Source: Pseudomonadota bacterium | GTDB taxonomy: Bacteria > Pseudomonadota > Gammaproteobacteria > Burkholderiales > SG8-39 | Assembly: GCA_021811085.1 (NCBI GenBank) | Contig: JAJZPQ010000001.1 | Coordinates: 81,428-145,427, forward strand | DNA: 64,000 nt | Direction of reading: 5' to 3' | The notes under the pieces: generated by a model | The model's database searches: none | What the model saw: only the letters and a program-made list of their open reading frames with translations | Told to the model about the DNA's origin: nothing | Position numbers and translations under genes: made by a program | Part shown: positions 48,817 to 58,228 of the stretch, in pieces | Numbering within the stretch: position 1 is the first letter of the stretch | How the letters are laid out: each line of letters opens with the position of its first letter

Positions 48817-49371
48817 ATGTCTGAAACGATAGACCTGTGGCAGGCCGAGCACAGGCATTTTTCCCGGCTGCTGGATCTCCTGGAACGGCAGGTCGCTGCG
48901 TTCCACGCGGACAATCAGCCGAATTTCGAGCTGATGCTCGATCTCGTAAGCTATCTGCGTTACTTTCCGGATCGCTATCATCATCCGCGCGAAGACGTGG
49001 GGTTCGCGCGCATGGCCGAGCGCGAGCCGCAACTCAAACCCATGGTCGAGCAGCTGTTGCAGGAGCATCGGGTGATTGCCGCCGCGGGCAGCGAATTGCT
49101 CAAATACCTCGAACAAGTCGTGGACGATGTGGTGGTTGAGCGCGCCAAAGTGGAAGCCGCGGCCGCGACCTACCTGGTGTATTACCGCCGCCACCTCGCG
49201 CTGGAAGACCGCGACATCGTGCCGCGCGCGGAGCAGCTGTTGACTCCGGCGGACTGGGAGGCGGTCATGGCCGCGATTCCGCACGGCCCGGACCCGCTGT
49301 TCGGCGAAGACTTCGAGCCGCGCTATAAAGAATTGCGCCGCCAGATCGCACTCGAATCAAAAGAGGCCTGA
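48817..49371 (+). CDS. Hemerythrin-domain protein
   Basis: EHRHF, YHHPRED, LLQEH, HLALED His/Glu pattern. Confidence 0.88.
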   Translation: MSETIDLWQAEHRHFSRLLDLLERQVAAFHADNQPNFELMLDLVSYLRYFPDRYHHPREDVGFARMAEREPQLKPMVEQLLQEHRVIAAAGSELLKYLEQVVDDVVVERAKVEAAAATYLVYYRRHLALEDRDIVPRAEQLLTPADWEAVMAAIPHGPDPLFGEDFEPRYKELRRQIALESKEA

Positions 49372-49435
49372 CAGGGCCGTCATTCGCCGGCCCTTGTCGA
49401 GACGGCCAAGCGCACATTAGCGCAGCGGGGATACG

Positions 49436-50719
49436 ATGAATCCAAAACATGCATTGCCCTCCTATCTGGAACCGGCTGGCGTCGGCTCCTGGGGTGTGTT
49501 CCTGCAGCAGGTCGACCGCGTCGCAGCGTCCATGGGCGAACTTGCCTATCTGCTGGAGACGCTGAAGCGGCCCAAGCGCATCCTCATCGTCGACGTTCCG
49601 ATCAAGCGCGACGACGGCAGCGTCGCGCACTTCGAGGGCTATCGCGTGCAGCACAATGTCTCGCGTGGCCCGGGCAAGGGCGGCGTGCGTTTTCACCAGG
49701 ATGTCACGCTGTCCGAGGTGATGGCGCTCGCCGGCTGGATGAGCATCAAGAACGCGGTCATCGGCGTGCCCTTCGGCGGCGCCAAGGGCGGTGTGCGCGT
49801 CGACCCGCGCTTGCTGTCGCAACGCGAGCTCGAGCACCTGACCCGGCGCTATACCAGCGAGATCGGCATCGTCATCGGCCCGGACAAGGACATCCCGGCA
49901 CCCGATGTCAACACCAACGAAAAAATCATGGCCTGGATGATGGATACCTATTCCATCATGCACGGCGCGACTTCGACCGCGGTGGTCACGGGCAAACCGC
50001 TGTCGCTGGGCGGCAGCCGCGGGCGCCGCGACGCCACCGGGCGCGGCGTGTTCGTGTGCGGGCGCGTGGCCGCGGCCAAGATCGGCCTGCCCATCGCGGG
50101 CGCGCGCGTGTGCGTGCAGGGCTTCGGCAATGTCGGCAACGCCGCGGCGCGCTGTTTTGCCGAGGCCGGCGCCAAAGTGATCGCGGTGCAGACGGTAGAG
50201 GGTACGCTGCATGCTCCGTCAGGACTCGATGTCGCAAGGCTGGTCGCGCATCAGGACGCGCAGCGTCCGCTGGGCGAGTTTGCCGGTGCAACGATGATTC
50301 CGGATGCGGCATTCTGGGAAATCGAGTCGGAATTCCTGATTCCCGCTGCGCTGGAAAACCAGATCACTGACGCCAATGCCGGCCGGATACGCACGCGCGT
50401 GCTGCTCGAAGGGGCGAATGGCCCGACCACGCCGGAGGCCGACGATATCCTCGCCGCGAACGGCGTCGTGGTGGTGCCCGATGTGATCGCGAACGCCGGC
50501 GGCGTCACCGTGAGCTATTTCGAGTGGGTACAGGACATCTCCAGCTATTTCTGGTCCGAGGAAGAGGTCAACGGCAGGCTGGACAAAATCATGAGCGATG
50601 CTTTCAACGCGCTGTGGGAGGCCGCTACCGCGGCGCGCGTCACGCTGCGCACCTCGGCCTTCATCCTGGCCTGCCGGCGCATCCTCGAAGCGCGGCATTT
50701 GCGCGGCCTGTACCCTTAA
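49436..50719 (+). CDS. gdhA: Glutamate dehydrogenase (Glu/Leu/Phe/Val family)
   Basis: [50 protein letters not shown]. Confidence 0.9.
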   Translation: MNPKHALPSYLEPAGVGSWGVFLQQVDRVAASMGELAYLLETLKRPKRILIVDVPIKRDDGSVAHFEGYRVQHNVSRGPGKGGVRFHQDVTLSEVMALAGWMSIKNAVIGVPFGGAKGGVRVDPRLLSQRELEHLTRRYTSEIGIVIGPDKDIPAPDVNTNEKIMAWMMDTYSIMHGATSTAVVTGKPLSLGGSRGRRDATGRGVFVCGRVAAAKIGLPIAGARVCVQGFGNVGNAAARCFAEAGAKVIAVQTVEGTLHAPSGLDVARLVAHQDAQRPLGEFAGATMIPDAAFWEIESEFLIPAALENQITDANAGRIRTRVLLEGANGPTTPEADDILAANGVVVVPDVIANAGGVTVSYFEWVQDISSYFWSEEEVNGRLDKIMSDAFNALWEAATAARVTLRTSAFILACRRILEARHLRGLYP

Positions 50720-50991
50720 GACGCGACTGCAGTAGGCGCAGGACGCAGCCCAAGCTGTCCTGCGAGGGTCTCCTTCCGCCGCGTTGCGCCATCGATGCGG
50801 CAATCTAAGTTCGTACCATCGAAGTGATCGGCCCAAACCCGAGACCGGACGCCGGCCCATCCCTACGCCCGCATCAGAACGCACGCGAGTAGCGCGCGTC
50901 TGGCGGTGCACGACCAATTTAGTCTGGAATTTCGCGGCGGCAACGGGCGTGAGCCAAGGTTCAATCCCGTGCAGGCAGAAACGCAGCGGGT

Positions 50992-51005
50992 TTGATCTAC
51001 ATCAA
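50992..51005. promoter_or_regulatory. Perfect FNR box upstream of mtrC-1
   Basis: TTGAT-CTAC-ATCAA; -10-like TAATCT at 51026-51031 (class II spacing). Confidence 0.8.
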
Positions 51006-51200
51006 ACCGCGTTTAGGTGCCACGGGTAATCTCCAGCTAGCATACTTATGGACTCAATGCAATTAGGGAAAACGTAGATAGGGTTAACGCTTATGCCGGT
51101 GGGGATGACGCAAATCGAGGTTCGGTCAACGTAGCAAATGGTCAAGGGCGCGACCCCATCCGGGGTCGCTCTAGCGGTTTCGCAAACGAGGGAGAAGCAG

Positions 51201-53936
51201 ATGAAATCCAAGCTTTTTAGATGGGGACTTACGGCCTTGATGGTCGGCACGCTGGCGGCCTGCGGCGGTGGAGGCGGCGGCGATACTACGGCTGCGGCTC
51301 CTGGCACCGGTACGGGCACGGGTGGCGGCACCACGACTACCACCACGCCGACCGTCGCGGTTCCGACCGGTACTTCGCCCGTGACCTTGACGGCCGCCAC
51401 CCCGGCGGCGACGTTCGCGGCGCTCACGCCGGCTGTACCGGCAGTCGCGGTGTCGATCAATAGCCCGCCCAAGGTCACCTTTTCGCTGACAGACGGCAAC
51501 GGCAACCCGATCATCGGTTTCGGGAGCAAATCGCAAAGCGCGACTGCAACGGTCGCGAGCTATCCCAACCTCGCCTTCGGCTTGGCCAAGCTGGTTCCCG
51601 GCGCGAACGGCGCCCCGAGCAAGTGGGTCAACTACATCGTGACCACGGTGCCGACCTATAAAAGCGCGACCGACAAGACCATCGTCCCTGCCGCCCCCAG
51701 AGGGCCGATCTACGACCGAGAAGGAACATTGGTCGACAACGGCAACGGCACTTATACCTACACTTTCTACCGCGACATCACCAAGGTCAAGGACGAGGTC
51801 GCGGCAGCCACGCTGACTGCACCCAACGTCGCGGCGGATCTGGGCGATCTGACCTTCGATCCGAATGCGGTTCACCGCCTGACCATCGAGATTTCCGGCT
51901 ACGCCCCGGGCACGGGCACCAACACTGCCGACGGCGTGCAAAAGACCGCCGGTGTTCGGATGGCAAATCCGGTCAACGTCATTTATGACTTCATCCCTGC
52001 CACCGGCAAAGCGGTGAGCGCCACGGATCCCTCGCGGGAAATCGTCGCGATTGCCAAGTGCAACGAGTGCCACGGCAAGCTCGCGATGCATGGGGCGGGG
52101 AAGATAGACACCAGATATTGCGTCGTTTGTCACACCGATCAGCGTAAATATGGCAGAAGTGAAGCGACGACCACTGCCACCGGCTATGACGCCACAAAGG
52201 GCACCTACCTGATCAATAGCATTACGATCGGCAACTTCCCCACCGAAATCCACAAAATTCACATGGGTAAGGAACTGACGAAGACCGGCTACAACTACGC
52301 CAACGTGCTGTTCAACGAAGTCACCTTTCCGCAGCCGATCACCAATTGCGTCAAATGCCATGATGGCTCGGCGACCTCTACCGCGAAGACCGCGAACGGC
52401 GACAACTGGAAGAGCGTGCCGACCCGGCTCGCCTGCGGCGCCTGCCACGACGGCATCAATTTCGCCACCGGCAAAGGCTTCACCTTGGCCGATGCGGCGG
52501 CGGGCAACACGACCAGTGTTGGCCACATCGGCGGCGCAAAAGCCGACGACAGCCAGTGCGCGCTGTGCCACGACGCAACGACCATCCCGGTCTACCATGT
52601 CACGGTCGATCCGACCGGCGCAAACGGCCGCGGCGGCTACCCGCTGAACACGGCAACGGACACGCCCACGGTGGGTTTCCCCGCGGGCCAAGGTCCTTCG
52701 ATCCCGCTCGCCTCGCAGCTCAATCTGCCGTCCGGCGTGTACAAGATCAATTTCGAGATCAAGCAGGTCACAGTCGCCGGTGCAGCCGGCGCCAAGAAAG
52801 CGACCGTCGTCTATCGCATCCTGAAAGACGGCCAGCCGGTGACCTTGAATGCGACCGGCAACCTGATCACCGGAGTCGATGGCTCGCCCGGCATCTATAT
52901 CGCCTACGCGACCGCGCAGGACGGCATCGCGGCTCCGGCCGATTGGAATGCGACCAAGAGCGCCTCAGTCAAGGCCATGCGCGACAAGACCGGCGGGAAC
53001 TCGCAGACCGGCCCGGACGCCAGCGGCTTCTACACCGCGACGCTGGGCGCCACCATCCCGGATGACGCGAAGATGGTCACGGCGGCAGTTGGCGTCGATT
53101 ACAACGGCTTCGTGCAACTGAATCATGCCGACTATCCGAAGGGCATCAGGCTGCGTGAGCCGCAATTCGTGATGAAAGTCGCGGATGGCTTCACGCCGCG
53201 CCGCAGCATCGTCGCCAACGCCAAGTGCAATCAGTGCCATGGTCAGCTGGGTATCAGCCCATCGTTCCATAGCGGTGCACGCAACAACGGCGAAGGCTGC
53301 GCAATTTGCCACGATGCCAACCGTGCTACGGGCCACGTCGGTGCAGCAAATGGCTTCGGCGGTGGCTGGTCGGTCGGCGTCAAGAGCCTGGTGCACTCTA
53401 TCCACGCGTCGTCCAAGCGCGAGCAGGCGTTCAGCTACGAAGCCACCGCGGCGAATCCGAACGGCTTCAAGGAAGTCACGTATCCGGGCATCCTGAAGAA
53501 CTGCGAAACCTGCCACGTGGCCGGTAGCTACGACTTCAGCGGGACGGCAAACAACGCCGCTCTGCCCTATCTGCTCTGGACCACAGAGGCGAAAGGGGAC
53601 ATGAGCAACCCGACGAACGCGGCTTCCATCGGGCTTTCACCTTGGGTGACGACCTTGGGCAAAGGGCAGATCGACTACAGGAGCGACAACCTAGTCAGCT
53701 CGCCGATCGCGTCGGCCTGTTTCGGTTGCCACGACAGCAGCCTCGCGGTTCAGCATATGCAGTCGAACGGCGGCACGCTCTATGCGCTGTTCTCGAGCGT
53801 ATCCTCGCTCGGCACCACTGCAGCGCGTCCGGCTGTTGGTACCGCTTCGACCATGACGTTCACGAAGAGCGAGCAGTGCACGCTGTGCCACCTGTCGGGC
53901 AAGGTGGCGGACATCAAGGCCATGCATGCGAAGTAA
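51201..53936 (+). CDS. mtrC: Decaheme OmcA/MtrC family outer-membrane cytochrome lipoprotein 1
   Basis: Lipobox LAAC; 10 CxxCH motifs in a 5+5 arrangement; IHKIH and VHSIH distal His motifs. Confidence 0.92.
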   Translation: MKSKLFRWGLTALMVGTLAACGGGGGGDTTAAAPGTGTGTGGGTTTTTTPTVAVPTGTSPVTLTAATPAATFAALTPAVPAVAVSINSPPKVTFSLTDGNGNPIIGFGSKSQSATATVASYPNLAFGLAKLVPGANGAPSKWVNYIVTTVPTYKSATDKTIVPAAPRGPIYDREGTLVDNGNGTYTYTFYRDITKVKDEVAAATLTAPNVAADLGDLTFDPNAVHRLTIEISGYAPGTGTNTADGVQKTAGVRMANPVNVIYDFIPATGKAVSATDPSREIVAIAKCNECHGKLAMHGAGKIDTRYCVVCHTDQRKYGRSEATTTATGYDATKGTYLINSITIGNFPTEIHKIHMGKELTKTGYNYANVLFNEVTFPQPITNCVKCHDGSATSTAKTANGDNWKSVPTRLACGACHDGINFATGKGFTLADAAAGNTTSVGHIGGAKADDSQCALCHDATTIPVYHVTVDPTGANGRGGYPLNTATDTPTVGFPAGQGPSIPLASQLNLPSGVYKINFEIKQVTVAGAAGAKKATVVYRILKDGQPVTLNATGNLITGVDGSPGIYIAYATAQDGIAAPADWNATKSASVKAMRDKTGGNSQTGPDASGFYTATLGATIPDDAKMVTAAVGVDYNGFVQLNHADYPKGIRLREPQFVMKVADGFTPRRSIVANAKCNQCHGQLGISPSFHSGARNNGEGCAICHDANRATGHVGAANGFGGGWSVGVKSLVHSIHASSKREQAFSYEATAANPNGFKEVTYPGILKNCETCHVAGSYDFSGTANNAALPYLLWTTEAKGDMSNPTNAASIGLSPWVTTLGKGQIDYRSDNLVSSPIASACFGCHDSSLAVQHMQSNGGTLYALFSSVSSLGTTAARPAVGTASTMTFTKSEQCTLCHLSGKVADIKAMHAK

Positions 53937-54018
53937 CAGCCTGACCGAAGTTTGGTCAGGCCAATAATGCCGGGGTGCGCTTAGGCGTGCCTCGGTACAA
54001 GTGGAGAAACACCGCAAT

Positions 54019-54059
54019 AAACGACCCGGGGCGGCAACGCTACCGGGTCGTTTCTTTTT
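54019..54059 (+). terminator. Intrinsic terminator after mtrC-1
   Basis: AAACGACCCGG...CCGGGTCGTTT stem followed by a T-run. Confidence 0.75.
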
Positions 54060-54379
54060 ATGACGCCATAAGCGGCTCTTGCGATCGATTTGCTCGGCAG
54101 CTGCGATGGCCTCGAGCAATCGGCCATCGTCAGGCAGATGGGAAATCCAAGAGGGGGTTCCCAATTTCGTTGAACGCGGCGATCAATACTGGTTTCTGAT
54201 CGAATAAGCTCCTGACGCGTAAGCGAGATTCGCGCTAGGGTGCCGGTGCGCCCAGATCACCGCGATGTCGTAAATGTGGGCGACCAAGGCAACGTTCGTC
54301 AAGTCGAGACCGAGCGTCAAATCGCCGTCGCGCGGATCCCATACGCGCTTTGTAGGCGCTCTTGCACCCAAACTGGCAT

Positions 54380-54393
54380 TTGATCCAGATCAA
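54380..54393. promoter_or_regulatory. Perfect FNR box upstream of mtrC-2
   Basis: TTGAT-CCAG-ATCAA; -10-like TACTTT at 54415-54420. Confidence 0.8.
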
Positions 54394-54531
54394 GATGGTT
54401 TGGTTCCAAAGATGTACTTTTACACAAAGCCATTTTGCGAAAAACCAGCCAGAGGCAGCCCTTGACCAGTTGCCCGCAGCGAACCCTGACCGAAATTCAT
54501 CATTTAACCTTGACCAGCTGAGGAGACCGAA

Positions 54532-57399
54532 GTGAAGATTCCTAACCTAATGAGCGAGAACAGGTCCACTTTACGGTGGATCAGTTGCGTCGCGGCGGGT
54601 CTGTTGACCGCCGCGCTAGCCGGTTGCGGCGGTGGCGGCGGAGGTGGCGACACCACGGCAGCCGCGGGCGGCACTGGCGGTACTACCACACCTCCTCCCA
54701 CAACTACGGTCACTGCGCCAGCGGGCGTACCGCAAAATGGAACCAACTCGGTTGCCGCCACTACGGCGACAACTGCAGCCTGGACGGCACTTTCGCCGCA
54801 GGTCACGGTGTCCAGCGTCACCATCAACAGTCCTCCCGTCGTCAAATTCACGGTTAAGGATGCCGCCGGCAATCCGGTAGTGGGACTGGGCAATAAGTCC
54901 CTGAACGCAAGCACGGGCATTGTCGGCCTGACCAACCTCGGTTTCACCCTGGCCAAGCTGGTGCCTGGCAGCAATGGTGCGCCGAGCAAGTGGGTCAACT
55001 ATCTGGTGTTTACCCCGGCAACCATTGCGCAGAAGACCGCCGTGCCCGCGACTGCGTCGTGCGATGCAGCGACCAATGCGACCTGGTGCGGCAGCTTTCC
55101 GACTTACGATAGGGAAGGCACGCTTATCGATTTCGGCGACGGCAGCTATCAATACACCTTCTACCGCAATCCCAAGGATGCGGCCACTATTGTCGCGAGC
55201 CTGATTGACTCCGCTGACGGCCTGTCGAAGAAAGCCGACCTTGGCGACGTGAGCTTCGATCCGACCGCGACCACCCGTCTGGGGATCCAGATCGGCGGCA
55301 TCGCTCCTGGCACAGGCACCAATTACGTTGACGCCACCACATTTGCGCCGATCTCCGGCGGTCCGGCCAGAGTTGATATGGTTAACCCCGCAAATCTCGT
55401 GTATGACTTCCGGCCCGATGGCGCAACGGTTGCGAACACGCGCAATGTGGTCACAGTCGATTCCTGCAGCGATTGCCATGCCGGGAAAGTGCTGAATCAC
55501 GTCAGCCGCAAGGACCCGAATTATTGCGCGACCTGCCACACCGACCAGATCAAGTACAGCTTCGATCAGGAAGCGCCCATGCTCGCGGACGGCATTACGT
55601 TCTCCGTGCAGACCGGAACGAATGCTCAGGTTCGCCCGAATCAGGCCGTCGTCAATGGCCGGGCCGTGGGTAACCTGCCCAATATGGTGCACAAGATTCA
55701 CATGGGCGAGGGCCTAGTCAAACAAGGCTATCACTACAACAACGACGACCTGGGCCTGTTCAACGAGGTCAAGTTCCCGCAGGATATCCGCAATTGCACC
55801 AAGTGCCACGACGGTTCTGCGAACGCAACGCACAAGACTGCCGACGGCGACAACTGGAAGAACGTCCCGAGCCGGCTCGCCTGCGGCGCCTGCCACGACG
55901 GCATCAACTTTGCGACGGGCAAAGGCATTACGCTCGAGGATGCAGCTTTGATCGCTCTGGGCAAAACCCCGACCGGCGTTGGCCACATCGGCGGTGCAAA
56001 AGCCGACGACAGCCAGTGCGTGCTGTGCCATGACGCAACGACGATTCCGGTGTACCACACCCCGGTGACCCCGATCGCTGCTTCGATCCAGATCAGCGGT
56101 GTCGCCAGCGGTTATACGAATGCGGCATCGGTCGCGGCCAATCAAAACAACCTGCCGACAGGCGCGATCAAAGTCACCTATGACGTGAAGAGCGTCGCGC
56201 GCAACACGAGCAAGCAGCCGGTGATTGTGTTCCGCATCCTGCAAAACGGCGCGCGCGCCGACTTCAATACCTATAGCGCCACCGGCAAGACGGAGCTGTG
56301 GGACAATTACGTCGGCTCGCCGAGTGCGTATTTCGTGTATGCGGTGCCGCAGGATGGCATTACCGCTCCAGCCGATTTCAACGTCTCCGCGTCCGCTTCC
56401 GTCAAACGTTTGTGGAATGGCACGGCGACCGGCACCAGCGCCGGCACGTTGACTGGTCCGGATTCGAACGGCTACTACACGGCAACGCTGACCGGCGTGG
56501 TGATTCCCGACAGCGCGGTGATGCTCACGGGCGGTATCGGATTCACCTACGACTTGCCGAACAATCCGCCGCTGACCCAGACCAATTTGTCTGACTATCC
56601 GTACAATACGACCAGCAAGATCGGCGGTCTCATCGTGGCGGCGCCTACGGCGCAACTGGTTGCAAGCTCAGGCGCCGCAACGGGCGGCACCGGCGGTGCC
56701 TATACGGGGCGCCGGCAGATCGTGGAAAGCGCGCGTTGCAACAAGTGCCACGAGAAACTGGGTGTGTTTACCGAGGAAGCCTTCCACGCCGGGCAGCGCA
56801 ACGACGCCAATACCTGCGCCTGGTGCCACCGGCCGAATCAAACCAGCAGCGGCTGGTCCGCGGATTCGGAAGTGTTCGTCCACGGTATCCACGCGGCGGA
56901 CAAGCGCAGTGTGCCGTTCACCTGGCATGCGACCGATCCGTCCGACAATTTCTCCAACATTGGCTATCCGGGCGTACTGAAGAAATGCGAAACCTGCCAC
57001 CTGCCGGGAACGTACGACTTCAGCGCGAGCGCGTCGGCCAGCGCTTTGCCGAATCGCTTGTACAGGACGGTGGCGACGGGCACGCTCGCTTCGACTGCAA
57101 GCAATGCGTTCACGTTCTCGCCTTACATTACCAAGGATAACAACTATGGCGCCGGCTTCACCTTTAACGCTGCTACCGGTGTCACCACTGCTGAAGCTGC
57201 AGGCACGACACTGGTGAACTCGCCGATCGCGGCAGCCTGCTTCTCCTGCCACGACACCGCTCTTGACAAGGACCACATTACGTCAAATGGCGGTTCGCTC
57301 TACGAAGCGCGCAGCACGGCGCTGGCCAAGACCGAGCAATGCACGCTGTGCCACCTGGCGGGCAAAGTGGCGGATATCAAGGTCATGCATGCGAAGTAA
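54532..57399 (+). CDS. mtrC: Decaheme OmcA/MtrC family cytochrome lipoprotein 2
   Basis: RBS GAGGAG and GTG start; lipobox LAGC; 10 CxxCH motifs. Confidence 0.92.
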   Translation: MKIPNLMSENRSTLRWISCVAAGLLTAALAGCGGGGGGGDTTAAAGGTGGTTTPPPTTTVTAPAGVPQNGTNSVAATTATTAAWTALSPQVTVSSVTINSPPVVKFTVKDAAGNPVVGLGNKSLNASTGIVGLTNLGFTLAKLVPGSNGAPSKWVNYLVFTPATIAQKTAVPATASCDAATNATWCGSFPTYDREGTLIDFGDGSYQYTFYRNPKDAATIVASLIDSADGLSKKADLGDVSFDPTATTRLGIQIGGIAPGTGTNYVDATTFAPISGGPARVDMVNPANLVYDFRPDGATVANTRNVVTVDSCSDCHAGKVLNHVSRKDPNYCATCHTDQIKYSFDQEAPMLADGITFSVQTGTNAQVRPNQAVVNGRAVGNLPNMVHKIHMGEGLVKQGYHYNNDDLGLFNEVKFPQDIRNCTKCHDGSANATHKTADGDNWKNVPSRLACGACHDGINFATGKGITLEDAALIALGKTPTGVGHIGGAKADDSQCVLCHDATTIPVYHTPVTPIAASIQISGVASGYTNAASVAANQNNLPTGAIKVTYDVKSVARNTSKQPVIVFRILQNGARADFNTYSATGKTELWDNYVGSPSAYFVYAVPQDGITAPADFNVSASASVKRLWNGTATGTSAGTLTGPDSNGYYTATLTGVVIPDSAVMLTGGIGFTYDLPNNPPLTQTNLSDYPYNTTSKIGGLIVAAPTAQLVASSGAATGGTGGAYTGRRQIVESARCNKCHEKLGVFTEEAFHAGQRNDANTCAWCHRPNQTSSGWSADSEVFVHGIHAADKRSVPFTWHATDPSDNFSNIGYPGVLKKCETCHLPGTYDFSASASASALPNRLYRTVATGTLASTASNAFTFSPYITKDNNYGAGFTFNAATGVTTAEAAGTTLVNSPIAAACFSCHDTALDKDHITSNGGSLYEARSTALAKTEQCTLCHLAGKVADIKVMHAK

Positions 57400-57472
57400 A
57401 GCGATCGAGGTTTGATCGTTGCAATGAAACCCGGGGCATGGCTAGCCATGCCCCGGAGCAAGCAGGACCAAG

Positions 57473-57510
57473 CGACCCGGGGCGGCGACGTCACCGGGTC
57501 GTGTTTTTTT
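57473..57510 (+). terminator. Intrinsic terminator after mtrC-2 (homologous to the mtrC-1 terminator)
   Basis: CGACCCGG-GGCGGCGACGTCA-CCGGGTCG followed by a T-run. Confidence 0.75.
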
Positions 57511-57532
57511 GGCAATCGCCCCATGCTTCGTG

Positions 57533-57561
57533 TTGACAAGGGGTCGTATGTTTCCTATAAA
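57533..57561 (+). promoter_or_regulatory. Near-consensus sigma70 promoter of the ComEA-like gene
   Basis: TTGACA (57533-57538), 17-bp spacer, TATAAA (57556-57561). Confidence 0.75.
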
Positions 57562-57593
57562 CGCTATTCGTATTCCATCTCGGGAGTTCTTTC

Positions 57594-57959
57594 ATGCAAA
57601 ACCGCATCATCAATTCCGTAGTGATTGCTCTCGCCTTGCTGCTGTCAGCGGGTGTTTCCGTGGCCGCCGAAAGCAAGGCAGGTACGCCGGCGGAAGCAAA
57701 GCCGGCCGCTAAGGCCAAAGCGCCCGAAAAGAACGCCAAGGCAAAACCTGCCAAGGCGGCCGCGAAAGTCAAACTCGTGGACATCAACAGCGCGAGCAAG
57801 GCGGAGCTGACGAAACTTCCGGGCATCGATGACGCGACGGCCGACAAGATCATCGCCGGCCGCCCGTACAACAGCAAAGCGCGCCTGGTCACAAACAAGA
57901 TCATTACGACGGGCACATACGGGAATATCAAGCACCTAATCATCGCCAAACAGAAGTGA
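57594..57959 (+). CDS. Exported ComEA-like helix-hairpin-helix protein
   Basis: Signal peptide, Ala/Lys linker, VDINSASKAELTKLPGI..A.KIIAGRPY. Confidence 0.85.
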   Translation: MQNRIINSVVIALALLLSAGVSVAAESKAGTPAEAKPAAKAKAPEKNAKAKPAKAAAKVKLVDINSASKAELTKLPGIDDATADKIIAGRPYNSKARLVTNKIITTGTYGNIKHLIIAKQK

Positions 57960-58228
57960 GTTCGGAGCGGGAAGTCAAGCCGGAATAATTCCAGAAAACG
58001 CAGTGACGCCGGCGTGTTGCTTGAATGCTGCGTTTATTTGCAAGATAAGCCAATCTGACATAGCATTCAGCGTGGTTTTTCGCTGTAGCGAGGCGGCTGC
58101 TGGACTTGGAGCTTTCGCAGGCTTTGCCAAGTCCCGGACGGTGTAGGGGCCGAGCGATTTGTGTAACGGGGACGCGCAAAGACTTTCTAAGCAGTGGGGG
58201 CAGCCAGTCCCCAAATAACGGGGTGGTC

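Noticed and set aside
58165-58212. Partial resemblance to the 3' half of a c-di-GMP-I (GEMM) riboswitch before mtrC-3
   Set aside because: No GGCAAA/GNRA tetraloop 5' half is visible; an Infernal scan would settle it
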